Shown here: in pieces, positions 46,147 to 55,863 of the stretch
How positions within the stretch are numbered: the stretch's first letter is position 1
How the letters are laid out: each line of letters opens with the position of its first letter
Assembly: GCA_963717505.1 (NCBI GenBank)
Contig: OY970342.1
Location: 224,001 to 288,000, forward strand
Source: Candidatus Eiseniibacteriota bacterium
GTDB taxonomy: Bacteria; Eisenbacteria; RBG-16-71-46
DNA length: 64,000 bases
Direction: 5' to 3'
The notes under the pieces: generated by a model
Seen by the model: only the letters and a program-made list of their open reading frames with translations
What the model was told of the DNA's origin: nothing
The model's database searches: none
Translations under genes and position numbers: made by a program

Positions 46147-46878
46147 ATGAGCGATGCGGTCGTTCGCGTGAGCCACCTCACGAAGACCTTCGGTCCCGTG
46201 AAGGCGGTGCAAGACGTCTCGTTCGACATCCACTCGGGCGAGCTATTCGGGATCCTCGGGCCCAACGGATCCGGCAAGACCACCACGATCCGCATGCTGT
46301 GCGGCCTGATGACTCCGACTTCGGGATCGGCCACGGTCGCCGGCTTCGACGTCGCAACCCGGCCGGATTCGGTCAAGGCCCACATCGGTTACATGTCGCA
46401 GGCCTTCGGTCTCTACGGGGACCTGACCGCCGAGGAGAACCTGCGCTTCTACGGTGGGCTCTACGGGATCGAGGCCGAGTTGGATCAGCGGATCGCCTGG
46501 GCCCGCGAGCGGATGCGGCTCGATGAGATCTTCGGCCGACTCGTGGATCCCATGTCGGGCGGGCAGAAACAGCGGCTCGCCCTCGGGTGCGCGATGTTGC
46601 ACCGCCCGCCGGTGCTATTCCTCGACGAACCCACCGCGGGCGTGGACCCCGGCGCTCGCCGGCTCTTCTGGCGGATCATTCGAGCGCTCGCGTCGGAGGG
46701 CACGACGATCATCGTCACCACGCACTACATGGACGAGGCCGAGCGTTTCGACCGAATCGCGTTCCTCTCCCGCGGGCGCCTCACCGCATTGGGTACGCCG
46801 GCCGAAGTCCGCGCGACCTTCGGCGAGAACCTGACCCTCGAGGACATCTTCGTTCAACTCCAGGAGCAGGACGCATGA
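46147..46878 (+). CDS. ABC-2 exporter ATP-binding protein
   Basis: Walker A GPNGSGKTT, signature MSGGQKQRL, Walker B LFLDEPT, TTHYMDEAE. Confidence 0.95.
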   Translation: MSDAVVRVSHLTKTFGPVKAVQDVSFDIHSGELFGILGPNGSGKTTTIRMLCGLMTPTSGSATVAGFDVATRPDSVKAHIGYMSQAFGLYGDLTAEENLRFYGGLYGIEAELDQRIAWARERMRLDEIFGRLVDPMSGGQKQRLALGCAMLHRPPVLFLDEPTAGVDPGARRLFWRIIRALASEGTTIIVTTHYMDEAERFDRIAFLSRGRLTALGTPAEVRATFGENLTLEDIFVQLQEQDA

Positions 46879-47999
46879 GCTTCGCGCGGTTGCGCTCGAT
46901 CTTCTGGAAGGAGTTCATCCAGATGCGCCGCGACCGGCACACCTTGCGGCTGCTGCTGCTCGTGCCGGTGATGCAGCTTCTGATGTTCGGCTTCGCGATC
47001 CGCCAGGAGGTCCGCAACCTGCCGACCGTGGTGCTCGACCTGTCGCGCTCCCAGCAGAGCCGCGATCTCGTGCAGAAATTCGAGGCGACGGACAATTTCG
47101 AGATCCGCGGCGCCGTGCCCTCGTATGAGTCGGCGATCGCACGCATCAATGCCGGCCGCGCCAAGGCGGCGATCGTGATTCCCGAAGACTACGCGCGCAG
47201 CCTCAAGCGGGGACGACCGGTCGAGGTTCAGGTGCTGGTCGACGCCACCGATCCGACCGGTTCGCAGGCCGCGATCGGCGCGGCGCAAATGGTCGGACTC
47301 AGCATCAGCAGTCAGCTGATGCGCGCCGCCACCGGGACGCCGCGCAATACGGCGACCCCGCTCGACGTGCGGGTCCGGCCGTTGTACAACCCCGCGCTCA
47401 CGAGTGCCCTGTTCATCGTGCCCGGCATCATCGGGATGATCCTCTCCAACATCCTCATCCTCATGACCGCCATGGCCGTGGTGCGCGAGCGCGAAGTCGG
47501 GACACTCGAGCAGCTCATCGTGACCCCGCTCAGGAACAGCGAGATCATGCTCGGGAAGATTCTGCCGTACGCGCTGGTGGGCCTGGTGCAGATCACGGCG
47601 GTAATGGTGGTCGGACACCTGCTCTTCCGGGTTCCGATCCGCGGCAGCCTGGTGCTGGTCTACCTGATGGCGCTGCTGTTCATCGTGGCCAATCTCGGCC
47701 TCGGACTCTTCATCTCGACCCTGACCAAGAGCCAGGTCCAGGCAATGCAGACCTCGTTCCTGTTCATGTTGCCGAACGTACTGCTCTCCGGGTTCATGTT
47801 TCCACGCGAGGCCATGCCCGATGCCGCACGCTGGATCGGCTACGCGCTGCCCCTCACCTACTTCCTGCAGGTGATCCGGGCCATCTTCCTCAAAGGCGCG
47901 GGCTTGCCCGAGCTGTGGCCGCAAGCGCTGGCGCTGGTGGGGTTCGCGGTCCTGTTTTTCACGTTCTCGACGCTGCGCTTCCACAAGCAGCTCGAGTAG
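46875..47999 (+). CDS. ABC-2 exporter permease (YbhR/S-like)
   Basis: KEFIQMRRDR, LYNP, VREREVGTLEQL.VTP, LLSGFMFP..AMP, PLTYF. Confidence 0.93.
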   Translation: MSFARLRSIFWKEFIQMRRDRHTLRLLLLVPVMQLLMFGFAIRQEVRNLPTVVLDLSRSQQSRDLVQKFEATDNFEIRGAVPSYESAIARINAGRAKAAIVIPEDYARSLKRGRPVEVQVLVDATDPTGSQAAIGAAQMVGLSISSQLMRAATGTPRNTATPLDVRVRPLYNPALTSALFIVPGIIGMILSNILILMTAMAVVREREVGTLEQLIVTPLRNSEIMLGKILPYALVGLVQITAVMVVGHLLFRVPIRGSLVLVYLMALLFIVANLGLGLFISTLTKSQVQAMQTSFLFMLPNVLLSGFMFPREAMPDAARWIGYALPLTYFLQVIRAIFLKGAGLPELWPQALALVGFAVLFFTFSTLRFHKQLE

Positions 48000-48069
48000 C
48001 CGCCCTCCTCGCGGAAACCCTGCGAATGCTTGGCGAGAATGATCGGGCTTTCGCGCTAGACTGCCGCCC

Positions 48070-49452
48070 ATGCGCCTGACCGAGGTGCTGGCCGCAGTCA
48101 ATTACCGGGTCGCCGGGATGGTGATGGGCACCACCGCCCGGATCTATTTCCGCGAGATCGCGACCCGCGACCTCGACCGCATCCCGGCCAAGGGCCCGCT
48201 GCTGGTGGTCGCCAACCATCCGGCGTCGATCACCGACGTCATCGTCCTGGCCACGGCGGTCCCGCGCCACCTCCACTTCCTGGCCATGGCCGGAATCTTC
48301 AAGCCATGGATCCGCGGGTTCGCGCTGCGGCTGTGCGGCACGCTGCCCATCTACCGGCGCCAGGACGATCCGACCCAGATGCACCGGAACGAGGACACGT
48401 TTCGCGCGTGCCACGAGCTGCTCGACCGCGGCGGGGCGGTGCTGATCTTTCCCGAGGGCACCAGCATCACCGACCGCCAGATCGTCCCGATCAAGACCGG
48501 TGCTGCGAGGCTCGCCCTCGCGCAGGAACGCCGGCCCGACCAGGCGGGCCGCCTGACGCTGCTCCCGATCGGGCTCCATTTCGCCGATCGCACCGGCTTC
48601 TGGACCGAGGTCACGGTTTCCGTGGGAACACCGATCGACCTGTCTGCATTCGTCCAACAATCCGCGGCCGATGAGCCCGAAACCGTCCGCCAACTGACGG
48701 CACACATACAGGGTGCCCTCGAAGGACTCATCCTGCACGTGCCGGAGACCGAGCGCGTTCCATTGGTCCATGCGATCGAGGAGATCTACCGGACCGATCT
48801 CGAGGCGGACACCGGTGCACGTGGTATCGAGGCCGCGCGCGGCATCGCGGAATGCATCGAGCATTTCTCCCGCGTCGATCCCGAGCGCATCGAGAGGGCC
48901 CGCGCTCGGGTCGATCGTTACTACCGCCACCTTGCCGCGCTCCGGGTTCACGACGAGACCGTGAATCAGATGCTGCCGGCTCCGGGGCGAGGCTGGGAGC
49001 GGCTGCGACTCGTGGTACTTGGATTGCTCGGGCTCTTGCCGGCGTTGATCGGACTCTTGATTCACTACGTTCCCTACCGCCTGACGGCTGCAGTCGGCAT
49101 GCTGACATCGGATCCCACACGCAAGGCGGCGTTCCGGATGGGTTCGGCGGTGGTCTGGTTCCCGCTGACCTACGCGGCTCTGGCATGGCTCTTCGCCAGT
49201 GTTTTCGGCTGGTCGCCGCTCCAAGCGATCGCGGGGCTGTTGTTCTCCGCTGCCCTCGGGCTCCACGCCTTGCTCTACATCAACTGGCTGGCGCGCCAGT
49301 CCCTGCGCATTCGACTCGTGATCCTCAAGGTGTGGCATCGCCGCTCGGTGGCTCGGCTCAGGCGCGAGCGACACGAGATCATTCGCATGTGCGACGCGTC
49401 CAAGCGCGAGTTTCGGACGACCCGGGCGAACCGCGAGACGGGCGCCGCGTGA
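48070..49452 (+). CDS. Glycerolipid/lysophospholipid acyltransferase (PlsC-like) with C-terminal TM region
   Basis: NHPASITD (HX4D), PIYRRQD, IFPEGTS, KTGAAR. Confidence 0.9.
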   Translation: MRLTEVLAAVNYRVAGMVMGTTARIYFREIATRDLDRIPAKGPLLVVANHPASITDVIVLATAVPRHLHFLAMAGIFKPWIRGFALRLCGTLPIYRRQDDPTQMHRNEDTFRACHELLDRGGAVLIFPEGTSITDRQIVPIKTGAARLALAQERRPDQAGRLTLLPIGLHFADRTGFWTEVTVSVGTPIDLSAFVQQSAADEPETVRQLTAHIQGALEGLILHVPETERVPLVHAIEEIYRTDLEADTGARGIEAARGIAECIEHFSRVDPERIERARARVDRYYRHLAALRVHDETVNQMLPAPGRGWERLRLVVLGLLGLLPALIGLLIHYVPYRLTAAVGMLTSDPTRKAAFRMGSAVVWFPLTYAALAWLFASVFGWSPLQAIAGLLFSAALGLHALLYINWLARQSLRIRLVILKVWHRRSVARLRRERHEIIRMCDASKREFRTTRANRETGAA

Positions 49453-49458
49453 GGCGGC

Positions 49459-52245
49459 TTATCGAATTCTCACCACCGCCCGAACCCAATCCCGGCCCTC
49501 GGCGGACAACCGGACAAAGTAGACGCCAGCCGCCACGCCCTTGCCGTCGCTGCGCCGGCCGTCCCAACGCAGGCTCTGTGGCCCGGCTTCGAGCCACAAA
49601 CCCTTCGCGACCGCCCGGACCTCGCGGCCGAGCACGTCGTGGATCGAAAGGCTTACCGCGCCGGGCTCTGCGAGGACGAACTGGACCTCGGTTGCCTGAC
49701 GGAACGGGTTCGGTCCGACCGAGCGCAGACCTGAACCGACCGGCAACGGATCGACCCCGACCAGGGCCGGCGTCGATGCCGGGTCGCCCGGATCGCTGCC
49801 GCCCGCGACCTCGTCGGCATCGAGGAAGGTGTCACGATCGCGGTCGATGCCCATACGCGTTCCGGTGCCTGGCGGAATCGCCGTGAACGTCACTTCGCTG
49901 CCCGGTCCGGCGAGCGCCAGGATCTCCGCAGTCGAGAAGCTGATGCCGGCGGCGCGATCGGGCCGCCATTGATCGCCACCAAGATAGAGCCAGCCGCGCG
50001 GCGTTCCGGCTATTCGGCCCTTGGCGATCAGATCACAGCTCGCCGATTGCCCTTTCAACGTATCGAGCAGCGCCGCGGTCGCCGGCGTGCCACTCGGACT
50101 GTCGAACGACACCTGCCGGCCGACCGCGGTGGCCAGCCCGGATCCCATCGAAAGCAGGAACGCCTCGAAGTCGCGGCGCTTGTTGGTGGCGATGGTGCCG
50201 AGCCCGATCGTGAAGATCGGGCTCTCCAGGAACTTCTCGATGCTGGCGAAGCCGCCGTCGTGCGAGAAGCCGAACCCGCGCTTGCTGACTGCGCCGGGCT
50301 CCCGGGACATGCCGACCTTACGATACAGGACCCGCAGCGTCGCGGTCTTGACGTCCTGGTCGCCGAATGTGTTGCCGCTTACAAGGACACCGCTGGTCAG
50401 CGCCGGTCCCTGGTGGCAGGTGTTGCACCGGGTGACGTTGCTCCGGTCGAACACCTTGGCGTTGAGGAACAGAAATTCTCCTCGCTTTGCGCTCGGCTGG
50501 CCGACGGGCGCGTCCCTCAGTGTTCCGTCGAGGTAGCGATTCGGATTCGGCGGATGGGACAACGGCAGCACGAAGCTGCTGAAGGCTGCCAGTTCGGTGT
50601 CGGGCAGCATGGACGTCCGTCCCAGGAGATCGCGGAACGTCTGATTGAACTCGGTGAGGTTGGTGCGATCCGCTCGCCAGTGCATTCGGCCGGCACCCGG
50701 TAGCCCGCGCAGCGTCTGGGTCACCATCGGCCCCTTCATCGGATCGAAACCTTCTCCAGGAAAGGGCGTGCCCGGGGGCACATGGGAGACGACCCCATTC
50801 GGCTCACCCAGATCCCAGGCCAGCGCGTCGAAGTCGCCGAACACGTGACAGCTCGCGCACGCCTGGTCGCCGTGCCCGGAAGTGAAGCCGCCATAGAAGA
50901 ATCGCCGGCCGTTCACGATCGCATCCGGTGTCGGGTCGAAGCCGATCGAGGCGACGGCGACCGGCGCCAGGCTGGTGGCCGAGTGGGTCTGGAGCTGGTT
51001 GCGGAAGCGCCCGACGACGTAGATGCGGTCTCTGGCCTGATCGACGACCACGCCGGTCGGTCCGGCCACGGTCGGAACTCGGGCGACCACTCCCGCTCCG
51101 TCGGGGTCCACCACAGCGACGCGGTTGCTGGCCAGCGAGGTCAGGTAGAGACGCTGGCCGTCCGGCGCAAACGCGATGCCGGTCGGAACGCCGAGCGACG
51201 AATCGCGTTCCGAGGCGGGTCCGGGCGTGACCGCGTAGTTGATGTGCGGGTTCAGGTTGATCAGCGACTTGGACCCGGCGGCGGTCACTAGGCCGAGCCG
51301 CGTGTCGACCGTGCGGCCCCGCAGTCGATTCTGGAAGCGCAGCAGATTGAGGGCCTCGGTTGCCGCGACCGCGATGCGGCCATCGAGCGGGCTCACGGCC
51401 ACCGCGAAGTTGACCGTGCCCAGGTCGCCGAACGTTCGCGTCACGCTGGCGGACGCGGTGGAGATCTCGGCGACGTCGACCTCGTGCATCGAGAAGGGCA
51501 TCTGGGCGGACCAGTCGTTTCCGTACATGTCACGCCACTGCGAGCCCTGCTGCTGGACGATCAGCGCGACATTCGGCGGGTCGGCCGGCAGCGACGGACT
51601 GCGCGGGAACTGGGGATCGATCGGCATGCTGCCCTCCGGGATGGCATCGAAGGGCACGGTCGACGTGCGGTTCCCGGCGGTGAGTACGGCCGCGTAGACG
51701 TTCGCCCCGTCGGCGCTCCGCGCCAGCGCCCGCGGCAGCCGGCCGTTGATCGGGACCACGGCGACCGGCGCACCGAGGCTCGCCGGGTCGTAGACTTTCA
51801 CCGCGTCTTCCTGAGACACGCTGACGTAGGCGCGGACCGGCGACCCTGCGAACACGACATCGGCTGGCTCATCACCGACCCACAGGGTGGCGCGCACGTG
51901 CCGCGCGTCGAGGTCCACGACGCTCACGTCGTCGGACAAGTGATTCACCACCCACGCCGTGTGATCGTCGAGGCACGCGACCGAGATCGGCTCGAGGCCG
52001 ACCGGAATCTCGGCTACTCGCGCAGGAGCCTCGCCGGTCAGGTCGAAGACCGAGAGGCGCCCGTCAGCGGTGTTGACGACCAGCAATCGCTGGCCGTCGG
52101 GAGTCAGCGTGGCCGGCCGAACGTGACCGCTCTCGAAGTGGACGAAATCGGGGACACCGACGGCACTCGAAGGGATGTGGCTCGGCGCGAGCATGAAGAC
52201 GACGCTGGCAAGCGTGAGGACCAGGAACCCGAGCAAGCGGCGCAT
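49459..52245 (-). CDS. Secreted YncE-type beta-propeller plus di-heme cytochrome c (CCP/MauG-like) with FlgD-Ig/T9SS-like CTD
   Basis: YVTN-like blades (IPVGLEP, VVNHLSDDVSVVD), two CxxCH motifs (CASCH, CNTCH), TQTLRG/HWRAD and KTATLR. Tail GPNPF...HDVLGR..WDGR..AGVYFVRL. Confidence 0.85.
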   Translation of the reverse strand: MRRLLGFLVLTLASVVFMLAPSHIPSSAVGVPDFVHFESGHVRPATLTPDGQRLLVVNTADGRLSVFDLTGEAPARVAEIPVGLEPISVACLDDHTAWVVNHLSDDVSVVDLDARHVRATLWVGDEPADVVFAGSPVRAYVSVSQEDAVKVYDPASLGAPVAVVPINGRLPRALARSADGANVYAAVLTAGNRTSTVPFDAIPEGSMPIDPQFPRSPSLPADPPNVALIVQQQGSQWRDMYGNDWSAQMPFSMHEVDVAEISTASASVTRTFGDLGTVNFAVAVSPLDGRIAVAATEALNLLRFQNRLRGRTVDTRLGLVTAAGSKSLINLNPHINYAVTPGPASERDSSLGVPTGIAFAPDGQRLYLTSLASNRVAVVDPDGAGVVARVPTVAGPTGVVVDQARDRIYVVGRFRNQLQTHSATSLAPVAVASIGFDPTPDAIVNGRRFFYGGFTSGHGDQACASCHVFGDFDALAWDLGEPNGVVSHVPPGTPFPGEGFDPMKGPMVTQTLRGLPGAGRMHWRADRTNLTEFNQTFRDLLGRTSMLPDTELAAFSSFVLPLSHPPNPNRYLDGTLRDAPVGQPSAKRGEFLFLNAKVFDRSNVTRCNTCHQGPALTSGVLVSGNTFGDQDVKTATLRVLYRKVGMSREPGAVSKRGFGFSHDGGFASIEKFLESPIFTIGLGTIATNKRRDFEAFLLSMGSGLATAVGRQVSFDSPSGTPATAALLDTLKGQSASCDLIAKGRIAGTPRGWLYLGGDQWRPDRAAGISFSTAEILALAGPGSEVTFTAIPPGTGTRMGIDRDRDTFLDADEVAGGSDPGDPASTPALVGVDPLPVGSGLRSVGPNPFRQATEVQFVLAEPGAVSLSIHDVLGREVRAVAKGLWLEAGPQSLRWDGRRSDGKGVAAGVYFVRLSAEGRDWVRAVVRIR

Positions 52246-52371
52246 GGCTTCCTCTGTGCGGGGCCGGAAACCCGTGGGCGGCAGCGCCCCGAGGTTGCCC
52301 ACGGGATCCGCACGTCGGCCGGCAGAACTCGGTGGGGGGTTCGAGGTCAGCTCGGTCTGCAGACCGGCGAA

Positions 52372-52399
52372 AGACTAGCACCAAGACTGCACCCGTCAA
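52372..52399 (-). promoter_or_regulatory. Candidate sigma70 promoter for the cytochrome gene
   Basis: Minus strand TTGACG-N16-TAGTCT with an extended -10 TG. Confidence 0.5.
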
Positions 52400-52429
52400 T
52401 GGGAGATCGAGTCTCTCGCTCGATCGAAG

Positions 52430-53824
52430 CTAGGAGGCCGGCTCGCCTGCGCCCAACACCGCGGCGCCTGCGGGCGCGGTCGCCGGCGTGAACGCCAGGC
52501 GTTGCTTCAACACCACCCGTAGCATGCTCAAGCTCAGGATCATCTGGATGGTCACCGACGTCACCGCCAGGTACCACATCCAGCTCAGCTTGAAGCCCGG
52601 CAGCCGCGAGAGCAGGACCGCCGGCACCACTGCGATCGCGATCCGCACGGCTGACGCGATCAGGGACGGCATCGTGTTTCCGACTGCCTGGAACATGCTC
52701 GAGGCGACGAACACCACGCCCGCGGCGACGAAGTTCCACGACACGATGCGCAGGTACTCGTCGCCGACCGCCAGCACTTCGGGATCACTCGAGAAAACCG
52801 CGATCAGCGCCTTGGGCGCGATGTGGCAGAGCAGCGCGAAGATCGCCATCACCACGACCGCGAGGGTGATCGCCACGCGAAACGTGGCGCGCACGCGATC
52901 GGGGTGGCGGGCGCCGAAGTTCTGGCCGGCGACCGGCGCCACGGAGAATCCCAGCGCGATCACCGGCATGAACCCGGCCTGCATGACGCGCATGCCGATG
53001 CCGAAGCCCGCCTGCGCAGCGGCGCCGAAGGGCCGGCTGAGCGCGTAGACCACGAACAGGTACACCGACATCAGCCCGAACTCGGCGCCGGCGGGCAGGC
53101 CGACCTTGAGCATGTCGCCCCACAGCTCGAGCTTCGGCTTCCAGTCCCTGGATACGAACTTGAGGTACGACTTGGCCGGGATGAAGTAGTTGATCAACCA
53201 CAGCGTGGCGACCAGGACCGAGATCAGCGTGGCGATCGCGGCACCCGCGACTCCGAGCGGCCGGTTCGTGAACCAGCCGAAGATCAGGATCGGCGCCAGG
53301 ATGATGTTGAGGATGACGGTCACCGCCTGGACCACCATGCCGGGGATGAAGTTCCCGGTGCCACGCAGGGCCGAGCCCATCGTCACGATGCCGAACTGTA
53401 GCGCCATCGCCGGAATGAACCAGCGCAGGTAGTCCATGGCGAGACCAGCCGTGACTGCATCGGCTGACAGACTGTTGGCGTAGAAGCCCTGGGCCAGGAA
53501 CGCCAGCACCAGGAATGCGGCCGCCACCAGAGTCGTCAGCACCAGCGACTGGTTGAACACCAGCAGTGCGCGTTCATGATCCTTCCGGCCGACAGCGTGC
53601 GAGATCAGCGTGGTCGTGCCGACCCCCAGAACCTGCGAGACCGAGAACACCAGGAACATGATGTTCCCCGCCACGCCGACCGCGGCCACCGCCTCCTTGC
53701 CGAGCCGCCCGACCCAGAACAGGTCGACCAGGAAGTACAGCGTCTGAAAGACCATGAAGACCAGCATCATGCTCATGGTCTGGAGCAGGTGGCGGGTAAC
53801 GGAGCCGGTGGTCAGGTCGCGCAT
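52430..53824 (-). CDS. MATE-family efflux transporter
   Basis: MRDLTTGSV, VDLFWVGRLG..AVAAVG, LRGTGN, NIILAPILIFG..LGVAGAAIAT, GQNFGA. Confidence 0.93.
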   Translation of the reverse strand: MRDLTTGSVTRHLLQTMSMMLVFMVFQTLYFLVDLFWVGRLGKEAVAAVGVAGNIMFLVFSVSQVLGVGTTTLISHAVGRKDHERALLVFNQSLVLTTLVAAAFLVLAFLAQGFYANSLSADAVTAGLAMDYLRWFIPAMALQFGIVTMGSALRGTGNFIPGMVVQAVTVILNIILAPILIFGWFTNRPLGVAGAAIATLISVLVATLWLINYFIPAKSYLKFVSRDWKPKLELWGDMLKVGLPAGAEFGLMSVYLFVVYALSRPFGAAAQAGFGIGMRVMQAGFMPVIALGFSVAPVAGQNFGARHPDRVRATFRVAITLAVVVMAIFALLCHIAPKALIAVFSSDPEVLAVGDEYLRIVSWNFVAAGVVFVASSMFQAVGNTMPSLIASAVRIAIAVVPAVLLSRLPGFKLSWMWYLAVTSVTIQMILSLSMLRVVLKQRLAFTPATAPAGAAVLGAGEPAS

Positions 53825-53949
53825 GGGTCGTACTCCGGAAGGGCGAGCAATTCGAGCGGCGGATTCTAGCGCACCGGTTCGGCTGACGCTCGGGGATCGC
53901 ACGAACGTGGCGAATGGTAGCCCGGTCGCGCAGTGTGTAGTCTGGCGCG

Positions 53950-54657
53950 ATGCGCACAACGAGAGCCGTCACCATTTGCTTCGCCCTGATGTTGCTGAGC
54001 GCGCCAGCCCACGCCCAGGTGCTGATCGGCTACCTGCTTGGCGAGGCACTTTACACGCCAGACTTCAACATCGGCTTCGAGGTCGGCGCCAACTTCTCGA
54101 ACGTCGACGGATTCTTCGACGATCCGGACCGCATGAATCGGACGGTGTTCGGCCTGTTCGCCGATTGGCGATTCTCGGAGCACTTCCACTTAGGCGGCGC
54201 GGTGTTGCCGATTGCCGGCCGCGGCGCCGAAGGGCTCGCTCCGGTGCAAACCGGCGACCCGGACTTCGACGGCCAGACCGCCGGCGGCGCCATGACCCGC
54301 AGCCTGAACTATCTGGAAATCCCCGTGCTGCTGAAATGGGCGCCCAACCGCAAGGAAGGATTCCGCATCGGGGCGGGACCGTCGTTCGGCATCGTGACCG
54401 GGGCCACCGATCGCTACGACGCGATCTCTCCTGCCGGCACGCACTACACGCTCGAGCGTGACATTGGTGACCAGCTACCCGGACTCGACTTCGGTGTCTC
54501 GTTCGACGTCGAGTGGCGCCTCGAGTTCCTCTCGATCGCGGCTCGCTATACGCATGGGCTCACCGACATGAGCCACGACGGGTCGACCGACGAGATCCAC
54601 ACCCACGTCCTGACCGGGACCGGGCGGATCTACCTGGGCAGGAAGCCGGGTTCCTGA
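53950..54657 (+). CDS. Outer-membrane beta-barrel (PorT-like / OMP_b-brl_2 family)
   Basis: Signal peptide AHA|Q, GFEVGANFS, LNYLEIPVLLK, GAGPSFG, ARYTHGLTD. Confidence 0.75.
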   Translation: MRTTRAVTICFALMLLSAPAHAQVLIGYLLGEALYTPDFNIGFEVGANFSNVDGFFDDPDRMNRTVFGLFADWRFSEHFHLGGAVLPIAGRGAEGLAPVQTGDPDFDGQTAGGAMTRSLNYLEIPVLLKWAPNRKEGFRIGAGPSFGIVTGATDRYDAISPAGTHYTLERDIGDQLPGLDFGVSFDVEWRLEFLSIAARYTHGLTDMSHDGSTDEIHTHVLTGTGRIYLGRKPGS

Positions 54658-54700
54658 AAGGCGTTCGCCGGCCGAGTGGTGGCGAGGCGCGGCCCCCGAT

Positions 54701-55831
54701 CTACAGCCCGAAGCGGTATTGCGCGCCCGCGATCAGGTGGGTTCGCGAGGTGATAAAGCCCACCTCGAGCCGGAACATCCAGCTCTTGTTGAGCTGATAC
54801 TGGCCGCCCACGGTGAAGTTCCACATGTCCGCGGGGCGCTTGTCGAGCGAGTACTGGACCGTCGCGTTCGCGGCGTTGCTCACCGCCTGGTCCGCTGATT
54901 CCAGGAGCCCGCCGGCGCGATCGAGCGCCGCCTTCGTTCCTTCGTATCGCGCGCGATTGGCGGGATCGGCCTGCTGCGCCGGCGTCAGGCTGTTCCACCA
55001 GGCCTCGTTCTCCTGGCTTCGCCGGGCGACTTCTTGTTTCGCCTGATCGACGGTGCCCTGCCATTGGTCGATCGGCAGAGCGTCGCCCAGCGGGATCGAC
55101 CCGCTGGTGCCGGTGTTGAGCGCTACGCGGAATCCACCAACCCAGACGTTGATGTTCTCGTCAGCCCTCCGGAGCCTGAAGGCCTTGCCCACGCGCGGGT
55201 CGAACACGAAGGCCGAGGCCGGCTCGTTGAGCTGCGGAATGTCGGTCCAGGTGAAATTCATGTCGAGGGCCATCCAGCCGCCTCCCACGCCGAGCGTCGG
55301 CGTCAGCCCGAAGCCCATGGTAGTGGCGGTGAAGTCGACCGTGCTGCCCAACGAGATCAACTTTTGTTCGTTGCCGGCGGAATCGGGAAGCCAGAGGCTG
55401 TAGCCGACGTTGGTGGAGGCTTTCGACACGCCGAAGATGGCGTAGAGGTTCAGGAACGGGAACAGCCAGATGTCCGGCCGCAAGGACGCCCCGTCGCTGA
55501 TGGCTTCCGCCTTGTCGAAGCGAACGATGCCGTCCAGGTCGTACGTCGGGCCGTTGTTGAACCCCACCATCAGGTTGTCGATTGTGATGTCCGAGCGCTG
55601 GCCGTAGTACTGAACGCTCAGCCCCGCGGGGTACGGAATGTTGTACCCGCGCTTGACCGCCTTGGCGCCCCAGATGGGAAGCGCGTACGGATATTCGGTG
55701 GTCTTGAGGCTGTCGACCAGCGCCTGGTTCTTCTGGCCGACCTCTTTGTTGGAGAACACCTGGGCATGAACAACCGTGGCAACGGCCATGAACGCCATCA
55801 GCAGGAACGCGCTCAGGTACCTTTGCGTCAT
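54701..55831 (-). CDS. Outer-membrane beta-barrel protein, function unknown
   Basis: C-terminal half of ORF 54701..56767, from ATG 55831 (MTQRYLSAFLLMAF..VHA|Q). Motifs LPIWG, RPDIWLFPFLNLY and WNF.VGGQYQLNK. Ends AGAQYRFGL. Confidence 0.75.
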   Translation of the reverse strand: MTQRYLSAFLLMAFMAVATVVHAQVFSNKEVGQKNQALVDSLKTTEYPYALPIWGAKAVKRGYNIPYPAGLSVQYYGQRSDITIDNLMVGFNNGPTYDLDGIVRFDKAEAISDGASLRPDIWLFPFLNLYAIFGVSKASTNVGYSLWLPDSAGNEQKLISLGSTVDFTATTMGFGLTPTLGVGGGWMALDMNFTWTDIPQLNEPASAFVFDPRVGKAFRLRRADENINVWVGGFRVALNTGTSGSIPLGDALPIDQWQGTVDQAKQEVARRSQENEAWWNSLTPAQQADPANRARYEGTKAALDRAGGLLESADQAVSNAANATVQYSLDKRPADMWNFTVGGQYQLNKSWMFRLEVGFITSRTHLIAGAQYRFGL

Positions 55832-55863
55832 CGCAGTCCTCACGGTCGGACGAACGTCGTCGC

